Assembly (NCBI GenBank): GCA_963849325.1
Contig: CAWKHF010000007.1
Span: 512,001-576,000, forward strand
DNA: 64,000 bases
Reading direction: 5' to 3'
Source: an uncultured Planctomycetota bacterium
GTDB lineage: Bacteria; Planctomycetota; Planctomycetia; Gemmatales; Gemmataceae
How positions within the stretch are numbered: position 1 is the stretch's first letter; each line of letters starts with the position of its first letter. The notes under the pieces are model-generated. The model worked only from the letters and a program-made list of their open reading frames with translations. It made no database searches and was not told where the DNA came from. Shown piece by piece: positions 42,844 through 56,551 of this stretch. The position numbers and the translations under genes are program-made.

Positions 42844-44649
42844 ATGATGGAACGGGTCAGCCGGACAGGGATCGCCCTGGCGGTCTTGCTGCTTCCGGGA
42901 CTGGGCAGAGCACGAGGCCAGGCTCCGCCGCCGGCGTCATCGCCCTCGGCGCCGGCTCCGGCCGCACCGGCGCGCGACGAGGCCGAGCGCCCGCTTCCTC
43001 CGCCGCGTCCGGTACCGTCCTCGGAGAAGGACAGCAGTCCGCCGTGGCAGAAGTCGCCCCTCGAACGTCTACCGCCTCCCGGCGGCGAGACCTTGAAGGT
43101 GGAGCCTCCGCCCCTGGCGCCCGGCGACCGGCGCTTCCCCATCAATCTGGCCGCCGCCTTGCGACTGGCCGACGGCCGGCCGATTCTCATCTCCGCCACC
43201 GCCGCCACTGTCTGGGTGGCCGAGGCGCAGCTTCAGAAGGCCAAGGTTCTGTGGCTTCCTACCATCAACTTCGCCGCCGATTACATCCGGCACGATGGCT
43301 ACGGCCCCGATTTGAATCGCGGCGTCAACGTGCCGCAGGGCGAAAACGCCCTCGGACAGAACGCGCCCGGCAGCCTGGGCAAGCCGCTCAACCAAAACGT
43401 CAACTTTTTCTACACCGGCGGCGGCCTCACGTACACGCCGTCGGAACCCAACTATTTCTATCAGCCCGAACCGGATCGACCGCAGTTGCCGGCGCCGCAG
43501 ATGGAATTGGTCACCAATATGATCTTCGAGCCGTTGCAAAAGCGGCAGATTCTCAATGCCAGTCGCTGGACCGTGCAGGCGGCCAAGAACGACTCCCTGT
43601 TCCTGACCGCGCGAAGCTACTTCGAGGTCCACAAGTATCGCGGTCAATACGCCGGCGCCATTGATGTCGTGCTGAAAGGTCGCCGACTGGTCCGGGAGAT
43701 CGCCGATCTGAGAGCGGACCTCGTTTCGGCCGTCGAGGTCGATCGTGCGCGCAGCCTGCTGGCCGACCTGGAGCAGCAAGCCGTCTCTGCCCGCGAGCAT
43801 TGGCGCGTATCCAGCGCCCGACTGTCGCAGATACTGCGACTGGACCCGCGTGCGGTGGTCGAGCCCATCGAACACGATCACTTGCAGATTACCTTGATCG
43901 ACCCCAGCCGTTCGCTCAACGACCTGATTCCCATCGCTCTAACCAACCGCCCCGAGTTGGCGGGCCATCAGGCGGAGATCCAGGCGGCGCTGATACGCAT
44001 CCGCCAGCAGAAGCTGCAGCCTTTCCTTCCCGCCGTTCTTATGAATGGCTTTCAAACGCCTTTCGAGTTAATCGAGGTCGGTGGGTACGGAGTCGGCGAT
44101 GGCGGCAAACTGAACAACTGGAGCGGTCGAGATGACCTCAGCCCGCAGATGCTGTGGATCTTTGAACAAATGGGCTTCGGCTACGTGGCAGACGTGAAGG
44201 AGAAACGCGGCATGGCGTCGGGCGCCATCGTCGAGTTGTTCAAGGTTCAAGACGCCGTTGCCGCGGACGTGACGCGATCCCAGGCGGACGTGCAGTCGAC
44301 GGCGGCTCGTGTCGTCCAGGCCGAACGCGAGGTGGAATCGGCCCTCATTAATTACAACGGCAACTACGAAGGCCTGAAGCAAACCAAGCGATTTGGCAAC
44401 GTGCTGGAGCAAGCCTTCCGGCCGCAGGAAGTGGTCTTCGCGCTTCAGCTGTTGAAGACGGCCTATGACAATTATTTCGCCACGGTGGCCGAGTACAATA
44501 CGGCGCAATTCGAGTTGTTCCACGCCCTGGGTTATCCGGCGCGGGAAATCTCGTACTTCCGGCGTCCCGGCGAAATCGCCCCGGTAGACACGGCGCGGCC
44601 TGGCTATCTGCCGCCGGTGGGCACGGGACCGCCGCCGGCAACCCGCTAA
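42844..44649 (+). CDS. TolC-family outer membrane protein, paralog 3
   Basis: Intact 601-aa ORF with signal peptide, Pro-rich linker, ALTNRPELA, YNTAQFELFHALG. Confidence 0.82.
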   Translation: MMERVSRTGIALAVLLLPGLGRARGQAPPPASSPSAPAPAAPARDEAERPLPPPRPVPSSEKDSSPPWQKSPLERLPPPGGETLKVEPPPLAPGDRRFPINLAAALRLADGRPILISATAATVWVAEAQLQKAKVLWLPTINFAADYIRHDGYGPDLNRGVNVPQGENALGQNAPGSLGKPLNQNVNFFYTGGGLTYTPSEPNYFYQPEPDRPQLPAPQMELVTNMIFEPLQKRQILNASRWTVQAAKNDSLFLTARSYFEVHKYRGQYAGAIDVVLKGRRLVREIADLRADLVSAVEVDRARSLLADLEQQAVSAREHWRVSSARLSQILRLDPRAVVEPIEHDHLQITLIDPSRSLNDLIPIALTNRPELAGHQAEIQAALIRIRQQKLQPFLPAVLMNGFQTPFELIEVGGYGVGDGGKLNNWSGRDDLSPQMLWIFEQMGFGYVADVKEKRGMASGAIVELFKVQDAVAADVTRSQADVQSTAARVVQAEREVESALINYNGNYEGLKQTKRFGNVLEQAFRPQEVVFALQLLKTAYDNYFATVAEYNTAQFELFHALGYPAREISYFRRPGEIAPVDTARPGYLPPVGTGPPPATR

Positions 44650-44715
44650 CCCGGCTATCCGTGTGGGACAGGATCTCGTCTTCTCATGACCCAGTTACCC
44701 CGGGAGGGGAAATCG

Positions 44716-45476
44716 ATGCTACGGCAACTCTCACTCCATATTGGCTCGACGGCCCTGGCCGCGACGCTGTCCCTGACGGCGGCGGCCCAGGAGTACTCCA
44801 ACGGCGGCGCTCTGCGCGCGGACGCAAGGAGGCGACCCTTACTCCGGTCGAAGCCTTTGGCGTCCACCCTCCTGGGCCCGACCCCGCGGACGCGAACCGC
44901 TGCTTCTTTCGCCGCTGGCGATATGTTTTCATCCCCTATTACGCTCCGTTATCGCCGACGGCGACTTCGGTTCGCTGGAAGCCATGGTGTTACTTCCCGC
45001 TCATGCCCTATTACACCCCGTATTACATTGGTTATTGTCCCCATCGCCTCCACCAGCAGAAACCGCCGCCCTACGGCTCCGACGGCTGGGGACAAGGCCC
45101 CATGCCCAATCCCAACGGTCCGAGCAAGCTTCCACTCAACTTTGGTGTCTACACGTCCGTCTTGCAGGACGATACCATCTTCTGGAACATGGGCGGCAAT
45201 GGTCTCGTTCCCTATGGCGTGCCCCGTCCTCCTCATGCCGGCTCCCCGGACCTCGTGGACCGAATCCAGGACACGCGCGGCGGTGGCGGCCTCTGTGCCC
45301 CTTCCCCCGGCGGCTTTCCCGTGACGGCCTGGAGCGGCGCGGCCGCTCCCACCATGACGCCCCCCGCGCAGATGCCGGTCGAGGAAGGCGGTCCCGAAAG
45401 CGACAAGGAGGAAAGCAAGAAGTCGGCCCCCGCGGAGACGCCTCCCATGGAGGAGAAACCGGCGCCGCCCGAATAA
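44716..45476 (+). CDS. Hypothetical secreted Pro/Tyr-rich protein (frameshift near 44815)
   Basis: Signal peptide MLRQLSL...AAA in one frame, body in ORF 44661-45476. Confidence 0.55.
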
Positions 45477-45619
45477 CGCCTCGCCAGCGCTGGTACGGCC
45501 AAACCCCGTGAATCGAATCGATCTACGGGGTTTGGCCGCCATCGTCAGGGGCAAGAAGGAACCGTTCTTGGGCGTTGCGATCGTGCCGAGAAGATCGAGA
45601 GATGACGCTGGCCGTTCGC

Positions 45620-46444
45620 CTATTTGAGGGTGAAGGGCACGTTGTTCAGATATTTGAGAGCGGCGGTCATCTGGGCGGTGCCCGAATTGACGTAGTTGAT
45701 GAGCCGAATGCTGCCGTCGCACATGACGAACGGCGAGCCGCCATCGTAGGGCGAGCCCCAGCCGTTGTTGCTGGTAGAGGTAGTCGGCAAGTCCTTGCTG
45801 ATGTTATTCGCGCCGCGGCTAGTGCCGCCGTAGCCACCTGTGAAGACGCCTTCATCCCAGCTGTTGGCGGTGACGTGGCTGTAGTATTTGGTGGGCATGG
45901 ACTTCTCGCCGATCAGGATAGTGTTGCTCGTACCGTTGGCCGACGTAATCACCGACAGCGTGACGTGGGTGGTGTATCGGTTGGTGAAACTGACTTCGTT
46001 GATGGCGTAATCGACGAGCGGTTGCCGCCCTCCCGTCCCGCCGGTGGAGGCGCCAATGCGTCCGCGAGCCGGATCCAGGTAGGTCTTGATGGGAGTAGCC
46101 GGGTTGGGCTGGGCGCCTTTTGCGATCAGGTTGTAGAGGTTCTGCTGCTCGACGTAGGGCAGGATCTGAAAGGCCCAGCAGAACATGTAGTAGTTCCCCA
46201 ACCCCGACGTTCCGCCGCCGTTGCCGCCGGCGTTGGCCAGCCAGCCATAGGTGTCATGGTAGTTCTGGCAGCCCAGGCCGATCTGCTTGAGGTTGTTGAA
46301 GCACTGCGAGCGAGCGGCGGCGATGCGGACCTTCTGCACGGCCGGCAAGAGTAGACCGATGAGGATGGCGATGATGGCGATGACCACCAGCAACTCGATC
46401 AAAGTGAACGCGCGGACGTGCTTGCGGAACACAAACCTCGACAT
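45620..46444 (-). CDS. DUF1559 prepilin-type protein
   Basis: [34 protein letters not shown]. Confidence 0.9.
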   Translation of the reverse strand: MSRFVFRKHVRAFTLIELLVVIAIIAILIGLLLPAVQKVRIAAARSQCFNNLKQIGLGCQNYHDTYGWLANAGGNGGGTSGLGNYYMFCWAFQILPYVEQQNLYNLIAKGAQPNPATPIKTYLDPARGRIGASTGGTGGRQPLVDYAINEVSFTNRYTTHVTLSVITSANGTSNTILIGEKSMPTKYYSHVTANSWDEGVFTGGYGGTSRGANNISKDLPTTSTSNNGWGSPYDGGSPFVMCDGSIRLINYVNSGTAQMTAALKYLNNVPFTLK

Positions 46445-46763
46445 GGAGACCTCGCTTCGGGGCGGAACAGAGGATGACGCGGAAAAGCAGCAGAAAACGG
46501 AGTGCTCGCGTCCGTGAAACAACTCTCATTCTGTTTTCACGTTTTTCTCACTCTCTGTCAAGAATAAAGTGAGTAATTCATCATTAATTCTTCTTAATGA
46601 TGCGGGGAGGTTCCCGGCGGACGCCGTTTCTCGTCGCCGTCCAGGTTGGGACGTAGGATAGCGGCACCCGGGGCGCTCGAACCCGGGTCGTCGAACTCGT
46701 GTCCCGTCGAGGGCAGGCCCGTTGTAGGGGCGTGCGTCTCGATCCGACTTATGGAGGGAAGCC

Positions 46764-48971
46764 ATGCTAACTCTGAAACTCCCCGACGGCTCCGTGCGTC
46801 AGGTTCCCGAAGGCACTCGGCCGCGCGAGGTGGCCGCGGCCATCGGCAAACGTCTGGCCCAGGCCGCCGTCGCCGCCAAGGTCAACGACGTGGTCGTGGA
46901 CCTCGACCGCGAGCTGCCCGCTGATAACGGCGAGCAAGCGTTTCAGGTGCTGACCGACCGAGACCCGGAAGCGCTGGCCGTGCTGCGCCACAGCTGCGCC
47001 CACATCATGGCCCGCGCCGTGCTGCGCCTGTTCCCCGGCACGCAGCTGGCCTTCGGGCCGGCCCTGGAGAATGGCTTTTACTACGACATCGATTCGCCGA
47101 CGCCGCTCCGCGAAGAGGATTTTCCACGCATTGAGGAGGAGATGCGCAAGATCGTCGCCGGCGCCGAGCCATTCGAGCGTTTCGAGCGGTCCACCGGCGA
47201 AGCCCGCGAGTTGGTGCGCGATCTGGGCCAGGGTTACAAGGTCGAGCACATCGACGACGATTTGAAGCAGTACCCGACCCTCAGTTTCTATCGGCAGGGC
47301 GAATTCATCGACCTGTGCCGCGGCCCGCACATTCCCAACGCCGGCAAGGTCGGCGCCTTCAAGTTGCTCAGCATCGCCGGTGCCTACTGGAAGAACGACG
47401 CCTCCCGCAAGCAGTTGCAGCGCCTCTACGGCACCGCTTTCTTCAACCAGAAGGATCTCGACGCCTATTTGCATCAGCTCGAAGAGGCGAAGAAGCGCGA
47501 TCATCGCGTGCTGGGCAAGCAGCTCAAGCTGTTCACCATCAGTCCCGCCGTCGGCAGCGGTCTCATCCTGTGGATGCCGAAGGGGGCGACCGTGCGCGGC
47601 ATCCTGGAGAACTTCATCAAGGACGAACTGCTGAAACGAGGCTATCAGCCGGTGTACACGCCGCACATCGGCCGGCTGGAACTATACCGCACCAGCGGCC
47701 ATTTTCCCTACTATCGCGATGCCCAGTATCCTCCTTTGTTTCTGCACCAACTCGGCCAGACCGTGGACACCTGGCTGTCCCTGCTGGAGGCAGAACAGCT
47801 CCAGCCCGAGGCCGAGAAGGCTTTTCTCGGAGTGTTGGAGGCAGCGGGGACGGAGATGACGGACGCTCCGGGCGAGCCGAGGGCGACCGTGCAGCTTTAT
47901 CGGGATGCGGGCGAGGACCGGGCGAGGAAAATGGAGGCTCTGAAGGGCTGGCTCAACCGGCAGGAGGGCTACCTCGTCAAGCCGATGAACTGCCCGCACC
48001 ACATCCAGATTTACAAGGCCGAGCCGCGCAGTTACCGCGATCTGCCGGTGCGCCTCGCCGAGTTTGGCACGGTCTATCGTTTCGAGCAGACCGGCGAGCT
48101 ATCCGGCATGACGCGCGTGCGCGGCTTCACTCAGGACGACGCTCATCTGTTCATCACCCCCGAACAGACCGAGGTGGAGGTCGGCGCCAATATCGATCTC
48201 GTCCTGTTCGTGCTGTCGAGCCTCGGCTTGAACGATTACCGCGTCCGCGTCGGTCTGCGCGATCCCAAAAGTGATAAGTACGTCGGCCGTCCCGAGAACT
48301 GGGAGAAGGCCGAAAAGACCCTGCTCGAATTGGTCCAGTCGCGCGGCATGAACTACAGCGCCGAGGAGGGCGAGGCGGCCTTCTACGGTCCCAAGATCGA
48401 CTTCGTGGTGCGCGACTGCATCGGCCGCGAATGGCAGCTCGGCACGGTGCAGCTCGACTACAACCTGCCGGAGCGTTTCGGCCTGGAGTACGTCGGCAAG
48501 GATAATCATCCGCATCGGCCGGTGATGATCCATCGGGCGCCGTTCGGCTCGATGGAGCGCTTCATGGGCATCCTCATCGAGCACTTCGCTGGCGCCTTTC
48601 CGCTGTGGCTGGCCCCGGAGCAGGCCCGCGTCATGCCCGTCAGTGACCGTTTCCGCGAGTACGGCGAGCGCGTCGAGAACGAGCTGCGCTCGCAGGGCTT
48701 CCGCGTCAGTGGCGATTATCGCCCCGAGAAAATTGGTTACAAAATCCGCGAGGCGCAGCTGGAAAAGCTGCCGTACATGCTGGTCGTCGGCGAGAAGGAG
48801 CAGAGCGCCGGCACGGTGTCGGTGCGCGACCGCGTGGAAGGCGACCGCGGCGCGATGCCCGTCGCGGAACTCGTCCATCGTCTCGCCGAAGAAGTGAGAG
48901 AGCGAAGCATCCGTCAGGTGAGCACCGCCAGCGCCGGCCTGGCGGACCGCGGCGCCCAGTTCGCGGATTGA
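46764..48971 (+). CDS. thrS: Threonine--tRNA ligase
   Basis: TGS domain, RHSCAH, DLCRGPH, RDHR, KPMNCPHH, RVRGFTQDDAH, FYGPKID. Confidence 0.97.
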   Translation: MLTLKLPDGSVRQVPEGTRPREVAAAIGKRLAQAAVAAKVNDVVVDLDRELPADNGEQAFQVLTDRDPEALAVLRHSCAHIMARAVLRLFPGTQLAFGPALENGFYYDIDSPTPLREEDFPRIEEEMRKIVAGAEPFERFERSTGEARELVRDLGQGYKVEHIDDDLKQYPTLSFYRQGEFIDLCRGPHIPNAGKVGAFKLLSIAGAYWKNDASRKQLQRLYGTAFFNQKDLDAYLHQLEEAKKRDHRVLGKQLKLFTISPAVGSGLILWMPKGATVRGILENFIKDELLKRGYQPVYTPHIGRLELYRTSGHFPYYRDAQYPPLFLHQLGQTVDTWLSLLEAEQLQPEAEKAFLGVLEAAGTEMTDAPGEPRATVQLYRDAGEDRARKMEALKGWLNRQEGYLVKPMNCPHHIQIYKAEPRSYRDLPVRLAEFGTVYRFEQTGELSGMTRVRGFTQDDAHLFITPEQTEVEVGANIDLVLFVLSSLGLNDYRVRVGLRDPKSDKYVGRPENWEKAEKTLLELVQSRGMNYSAEEGEAAFYGPKIDFVVRDCIGREWQLGTVQLDYNLPERFGLEYVGKDNHPHRPVMIHRAPFGSMERFMGILIEHFAGAFPLWLAPEQARVMPVSDRFREYGERVENELRSQGFRVSGDYRPEKIGYKIREAQLEKLPYMLVVGEKEQSAGTVSVRDRVEGDRGAMPVAELVHRLAEEVRERSIRQVSTASAGLADRGAQFAD

Positions 48972-48984
48972 AGCAGAAGAAGAC

Positions 48985-49123
48985 TTTCACCACGGAAAAC
49001 ACGGAAAAAAGACAAAGACAACACAAAGAAAAGGCAATAAAGGAGATAAAGAGAACATTAAATATCTCTTTTAATGTTTTCTTTTGTCTTTTTTCCGTAC
49101 TTTCCGTGTTTTCCGTGGTGAAA
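48985..49123. repeat. Palindromic element, CACCACGGAAAACACGG family
   Basis: Long inverted arms between convergent thrS and ligA; same family at 51485-51633. Confidence 0.85.
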
Positions 49124-49128
49124 TGTCT

Positions 49129-51190
<2,062 letters not shown>

Positions 51191-51199
51191 TCACCGCGT

Positions 51200-51466
51200 C
51201 GTGTTTTTTTTGCAAGGTCCGCAGGCGATCAACGGTCATGCTGGCCACGCTGAGGACGACGACGGCGCCGACTTCGTACAGCAGCCAGCGCCAGCCGTCC
51301 TGCGCAGGGCGTCGCGGAACGCCGAGGGCGGCGATGGTTGTCCCGCGTCGGCGGCCTTCTGTTCGAGGATGGGCACGACGGCGTAGCCCAGGGCCGTGAC
51401 GACGAACAGCAGGCTGGCGAGCAGCAGCAGCAGATACAGCGGATTACGCGGCTCCGTGCTCACGGA
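51200..51466 (-). CDS. Small hypothetical membrane protein (frameshifted; ends approximate)
   Basis: EPRNPLYLLLLLASLLFVVTALGYAVVP. Confidence 0.5.
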
Positions 51467-51484
51467 TGTCTCCAATTCATTCAC

Positions 51485-51633
51485 CACCACGGAAAACACG
51501 GAAAACACGGAAAAAAGACAAATTCAGGAGTTAATCAAAGGAGAGGACGGCAGTGAATTCGATCTACCTCTCTTTTGCCTCTCCGATCTTGTCTTTTGTC
51601 TTTTTTCCGTGTTTTCCGTGTTTTCCGTGGTGA
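51485..51633. repeat. Palindromic element, CACCACGGAAAACACGG family
   Basis: Same arms as 48985-49123. Confidence 0.85.
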
Positions 51634-51640
51634 TTCTTTT

Positions 51641-52094
51641 TCATCCTCCCACGATCCAGGCGGAATCGACGGGTTGATAACCGACCAGTTCATCCGGCTT
51701 GAACCACAGGGCGACCTCGGCGGCGGCGTTGTCGGGGCTGTCGCTGCCGTGGATAAGGTTGTTCTGCACGCTCAGGGCGAAATCGCCGCGGATGGTGCCG
51801 GGTGCAGCCTTGGTGCCGTCGGTGGCGCCGATCAGCTGGCGAGCGACGGCCACCGCCTCGCGCCCCTCCAGCACCAGCGCCACCGTTGGCCCGGAGGCGA
51901 GGAACTTCAACAGCGATTCGTAAAACGGCTTGCCCTTGTGGACCGCGTAATGCTGCTCGGCCAGCCCGCGGCCGACTTGCACCAGCTTCAGCCCCGCCAG
52001 GCGCAGCCCCTTTTGCTCGAAACGCTGCACGATGCTGCCCGACCAGACGGCGATGCACGCAGTCCGGCTTGAGGAGGATCAAGGTCCTTTCCAT
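51641..52094 (-). CDS. ndk: Nucleoside diphosphate kinase (frameshift near 52035)
   Basis: [38 protein letters not shown]. Confidence 0.96.
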
Positions 52095-52217
52095 GATGTT
52101 TCCACTTACCCTCTCGACAATGGAGACAGAATCAACAGGGCGAAGCAGCGGCCGGCCGGCCCGGATTCGCCGAAGAAATCATTGTAGGGAGTCGGGAAGT
52201 CGCGGAGGAGTGGGCGC

Positions 52218-53357
52218 TCAACGGGCCGGCACGGCGATACGGTCGAGGAAGGCGGCGTTGGAGGGGTACTCGCCGAGCTTGCTTGACCAGCATCTCCATC
52301 GCCTCGACCGGCTTCATCTCCACCAGGGTGCGCCGCAGCAGCGTGACGCGCTGCAAGCACCTCGGGCGGCAGCAGACGCTCTTCCTTGCGCGTGCCGGAC
52401 TGGCTGATGTCCATGGCGGGGAAGACGCGGCGGTCGGCGAGACGGCGATCGAGCACCAGCTCCATGTTGCCGGTGCCCTTGAACTCCTGAAAGATGACCT
52501 CGTCCATGCGGCTGCCGGTGTCGATCAGGGCGGTGCCCATGACGGTCAGCGAGCCGCCCTCCTCGAAGACGCGGGCCGAGCCGAACAGGCGTTTGGGCAC
52601 TTCCATGGCGCGGATGTCCACGCCGCCGGACATGGTTCGGCCGCTGTTGCTGACGTTCTTGTTGTAGGCCCGCGCCAGCCGCGTCAGGCTGTCGAGCAAG
52701 CACGAACGCCTGCTTGCCCTGCTCGGCGAGGCGCTTGGCGCGCTCGACGACCAGCTCGGCGCAGGCGGACGTGGCTCTGCGAGTCGCGGTCGGAGCTGCT
52801 GGCGATGACCTCGCCGCGGATGGTGCGGCGCATCTCCGTGACCTCCTCGGGCCGCTCATCGATGAGCAGCATGATGAGGTGCATCTCCGGGTGGTTCTGG
52901 GCCACGGCCTGGGCGATGTGCTGCAACAGGATGGTCTTGCCGGTGCGCGGCGGGGCGACGATCAGGCCGCGCTGCCCCTTGCCGATGGGCGTCAGCAGGT
53001 CCATGACGCGCGTGGTCAGCGGCTCGCGGCCGGTTTCGAGCCTGATGTGCTGGTGCGGGTCGATGGGGGTGAGGTCGTCGAAGTTGCGCCGCCGGAACTG
53101 CTCGGGCGGCTTGCCCTCGATTTGCTCGATGCGGGCCAGCCGCGGTCCGCCGGGCTTGCGCGTCCGTTGCCCGGACCAACTCCAGCGGGCCGGTCAAGCA
53201 GCAGCCCTTCGCGCAGGCCGAGCTGCTGGATCAGCGGGGCGGGGACGTAGGGGTCGGCCTGCTGGGCCACGTAGTTGCGGGCGGCGTTGCGCAGGAAACC
53301 GAAGCCCTTGGGATGCAGCTCCAGGACGCCTTGAGTCGATTGCTCGTCGCGGACCAT
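52218..53357 (-). CDS. rho: Transcription termination factor Rho, short form (several frameshifts)
   Basis: [53 protein letters not shown]. Confidence 0.95.
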
Positions 53358-53377
53358 GAGGTTCTCGTGATAGGGTT

Positions 53378-53451
53378 GGCGAACGGCCGGCGTTAGCCGG
53401 CTGGTTAGTAGTAGTAGCACCTTACCAGCCGGCTAACGCCGGCCGTTCGCC
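53378..53451. repeat. REP-like palindrome
   Basis: GGCGAACGGCCGGCGTTAGCCGGCTGGT and its inverse; family of 12110-12173. Confidence 0.85.
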
Positions 53452-53457
53452 CGACCG

Positions 53458-54283
53458 TTAAACCTTGCGATGAGGCGTGGTGGCCTCGAAGGTGCCGTCG
53501 GGCAGGGGCACGAGCTGGTAATCGCCGAACAAATGCGGTGCTTCCGTCTGCATGAGCTGGAGCACCTTGACGGCCAGCTTGCGGATCTCGACCTCGGCGT
53601 GGCGGCTGCGCTCGCATCTCGATGAAGTGCCGCAAGGCCCGGGCATTGGCGGTGACGAAAATCTTCGTCTCCGTGGCATTGGGCAGCACGCTGCGAGCCG
53701 CCTGCCGGGCCAGCTTGCGCCGCAGCGTCTTGTCCGGCTCGTCCTTGTAATGCTCGGTCAGCTTCTCGACCAGCTTGACATACGCCTGGTGAGCGTGGGC
53801 GATGGCATCGAGCCAGAGGGCGTGCAGCTCCGGGTTGGCGGCGATCACGTCCGGCTCGACGTACTCGGCGACGGACTCATCGACGTAGCGTTGACTCAAC
53901 TGCGAGTAGCCCATGCCTGCGCGATGCCGAACCAGTTCGTGGGTGAGCGAGCGGCTGATCCCGGTGAACACGAAGTTCCAGACCGCATGTTCGAGGACGG
54001 AGCCGTGTCCCACTTCCAGAATGTGGTCCAGGTACGCCTTGTTGCCGCCGGGGCGAGGCTTGGCGAACGACATGTAACAGACGCGGCCCGCTACCTCGGC
54101 CAGGTGTTCGCCGGCGACTTCGGTGTCCGTCTGCCAGCTCACGCCATGATCGGCGAGAAAGCGATCGACCATCTCGGTATCGACCGTCTGCCGGCCGACG
54201 AGATAGACGGTCGGTTCGCGGAGGATGCGGACATCGCTCTTCGGATCGAGGCCCGTCACCGAGTTCTTCCCTAATTGTATCAT
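53458..54283 (-). CDS. thyX: FAD-dependent thymidylate synthase (frameshift near 53615)
   Basis: GHGSVLEH, THELVRHR...SQLSQRY, ARSVLPN. Confidence 0.95.
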
Positions 54284-54410
54284 CTGGGCCTCCTTTCCCA
54301 ACCGAAATGTCACGCGACCCGGAATCCTTCCGGGGAGTGTTCGCTCATCTTAGTCGGCGGCCCGATTGTGTCAATCACGCCTTCGTTCCACCTCCGCCGC
54401 AAACGCCTCG

Positions 54411-55990
54411 TTAGCCCAGCTTGCCGCAAACGTCCTCCACTGCCTTCAACAGACTGCCCGAACGGATCAGTCGCTCGACGGCTTCGAGGTCGCGGTGCAG
54501 GGTGCGATCGCGTCCCAGCGGCCGGACGTGTTCGCGGAGGTGGCGATACGCCGCCTCGACGCCGCGACCGGGACGCAGCCCGTGGTGGAACTCCAGTCCC
54601 TGGGCGCCGCAGAGCAACTCGCAGGCCAGGACGCGCGTGGTGTTCGTCACGGCTTGCCGGCACTTGCGGGCGGCCCCGGTGCTCATGGATACGTGGTCCT
54701 CGCGGTTGGCCGAGGTCGGGATCGAATCGACGCTGGCCGGGAACGACAGCGTCTTGTTCTCCGAGACGAGCGCCGCCGCCAGCACCTGCACCAGCATCAT
54801 ACCGGAATTCAGTCCCGGATGCGGCGTCAGAAAGCCGGGCAGGCCGCTGAGGTCGGGGTTGACCAGGTTCTCGACGCGGCGCTCGCTGATGCTGCCGAGG
54901 TCGGCGACGGCCGCGCACAGCAGGTCGGCGGCCAGGGCGATCGGCTGGGCGTGGAAGTTGCCGCCGGAGATCACCTCGCCGGTGTCGGCGAACACCAGCG
55001 GATTGTCGGTGGCCGAGTTCATCTCGCGCTCGACGACGGCGGTGACGTGCGCCAGGGCGTCGCGGAAGCTGCCGTGGACCTGCGGCATGCAGCGCATGCT
55101 GTAGGCGTCCTGCACCTTGGCGCAGTGGGCGTGCGAGGCCATGACGGCGCTGTCGGCCAGCAGGCGGCGAAGGTTGGCGGCGCAGGCGGCCTGGCCGGGA
55201 TGCGGGCGGATGGCCTGGATGCGCGGGTCGAACGGCCGCTGCGAGCTTTTCGTCGCCTCCACGGTCATCGCCCCGGCGACGTCGGCGATGCGGGCCAGCT
55301 GTCGTGCCCGCACCAGGGCGTCGGCCAGAAGGGCCGTGCTGATCTGCGTGCCGTTGATGAGCGACAGTCCTTCCTTGGCCTGCGGGCGATACGGTTTCAG
55401 GTGGACGCGGCGGAGGGCGGCGCGGCCGCTCATCGGCTTGCGGCCATCCTCGCCGGCGGCAGGACCGGACGACGAAGGCGTGGCCCTCGCCCATGACCAC
55501 GAGGGCCAGATGGGCCAGCGGAGCCAGGTCGCCGGAGGCGCCGACGCTGCCCTGCTCCGGGATGGCGGGCACGACGCCGCGGTTGTACATCTCGAGCAGT
55601 CGATCGATAAGCTCTGTAGTCACTCCCGAATGTCCCTTGGCCAGCGCCTGGATGCGCAGGGCCAGCGCGAGACGGCTGACGCCCAGACTCAAGCAGCGGT
55701 CCCATGCCGACGGCGTGGCTGCGCAGCAGGTTCTCCTGCAGGGCGAGGACTTCGTGCGGTTCGATGCGCTGGCTGGCCAGCTTGCCGAAGCCGGTGTTGA
55801 CGCCGTAGAGCGTCGCTCCTTGCGTCAGCAGATCGTGCAGACAGCGACGGGCCTGCTCGACGCGCCGCCGGGCCGCCGGCGCCAGGCGAAGTTGTTCGAC
55901 CTGTCCGTGCAAAATGCGGGCGGCGTCGGCGAGGGTCAGGTTATCGCCGGTTAGTTCCAGGGAGGTGTCGGTGCGGAGAGTGCGGTTCAT
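54411..55990 (-). CDS. hutH: Histidine ammonia-lyase (frameshifts)
   Basis: [22 protein letters not shown] (MIO ASG), [13 protein letters not shown]. Confidence 0.93.
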
Positions 55991-56147
55991 GCACCTTATC
56001 ATAGACACGAGGAGCGACCTCGGGGTTCGCGCGCTTTCGATTTCGTGAGATGGGTTGAAAGAGGCGGGGGCCGTCCTCTCTTGTGCGAGAAGGATGGCGA
56101 GAGTATGGTGAGGAGAAGTCAATGAAACTCCAGCGCGGCAGAATCGC

Positions 56148-56540
56148 ATGACCGAGCAAATCACTGTTACGCTTCCCCTAGAGATCCTGCAACGGGCCGA
56201 GCGACTCGCCCGCTGTACGGGGCGTTCTGTCGATCAATTCCTCGCGGAAACGATTGAACTCTCTTTGCGGCCATTAGGGAACTCTTCTTTGACGGAAGAG
56301 AGTATGACGGAATGGTCCGATGAACAAGTGCTGGCCGCCGCGGACGATCCGGGCATGTCCCCCGCAGAGGATCGCCGTCTCAGTGAATTGCTCACCCGCC
56401 AACAGGCCGGCGCCTTAACGGCTGCGGAGCGTCCCGAGTTGACAGCGTTGATGGAAGTCTATCAGACACGGTTCTTGTCGAAGGCTCGGGCGCTGAGCGA
56501 ATCGGTGCGCCGGGGGCTGCGGCCGCCTTTACAGCCCTGA
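56148..56540 (+). CDS. Hypothetical protein, RHH-like N-terminus (candidate antitoxin)
   Basis: ITVTLPLEILQRAERLA; directly upstream of the HNH gene. Confidence 0.6.
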   Translation: MTEQITVTLPLEILQRAERLARCTGRSVDQFLAETIELSLRPLGNSSLTEESMTEWSDEQVLAAADDPGMSPAEDRRLSELLTRQQAGALTAAERPELTALMEVYQTRFLSKARALSESVRRGLRPPLQP

Positions 56541-56551
56541 GCGAGGGACGC

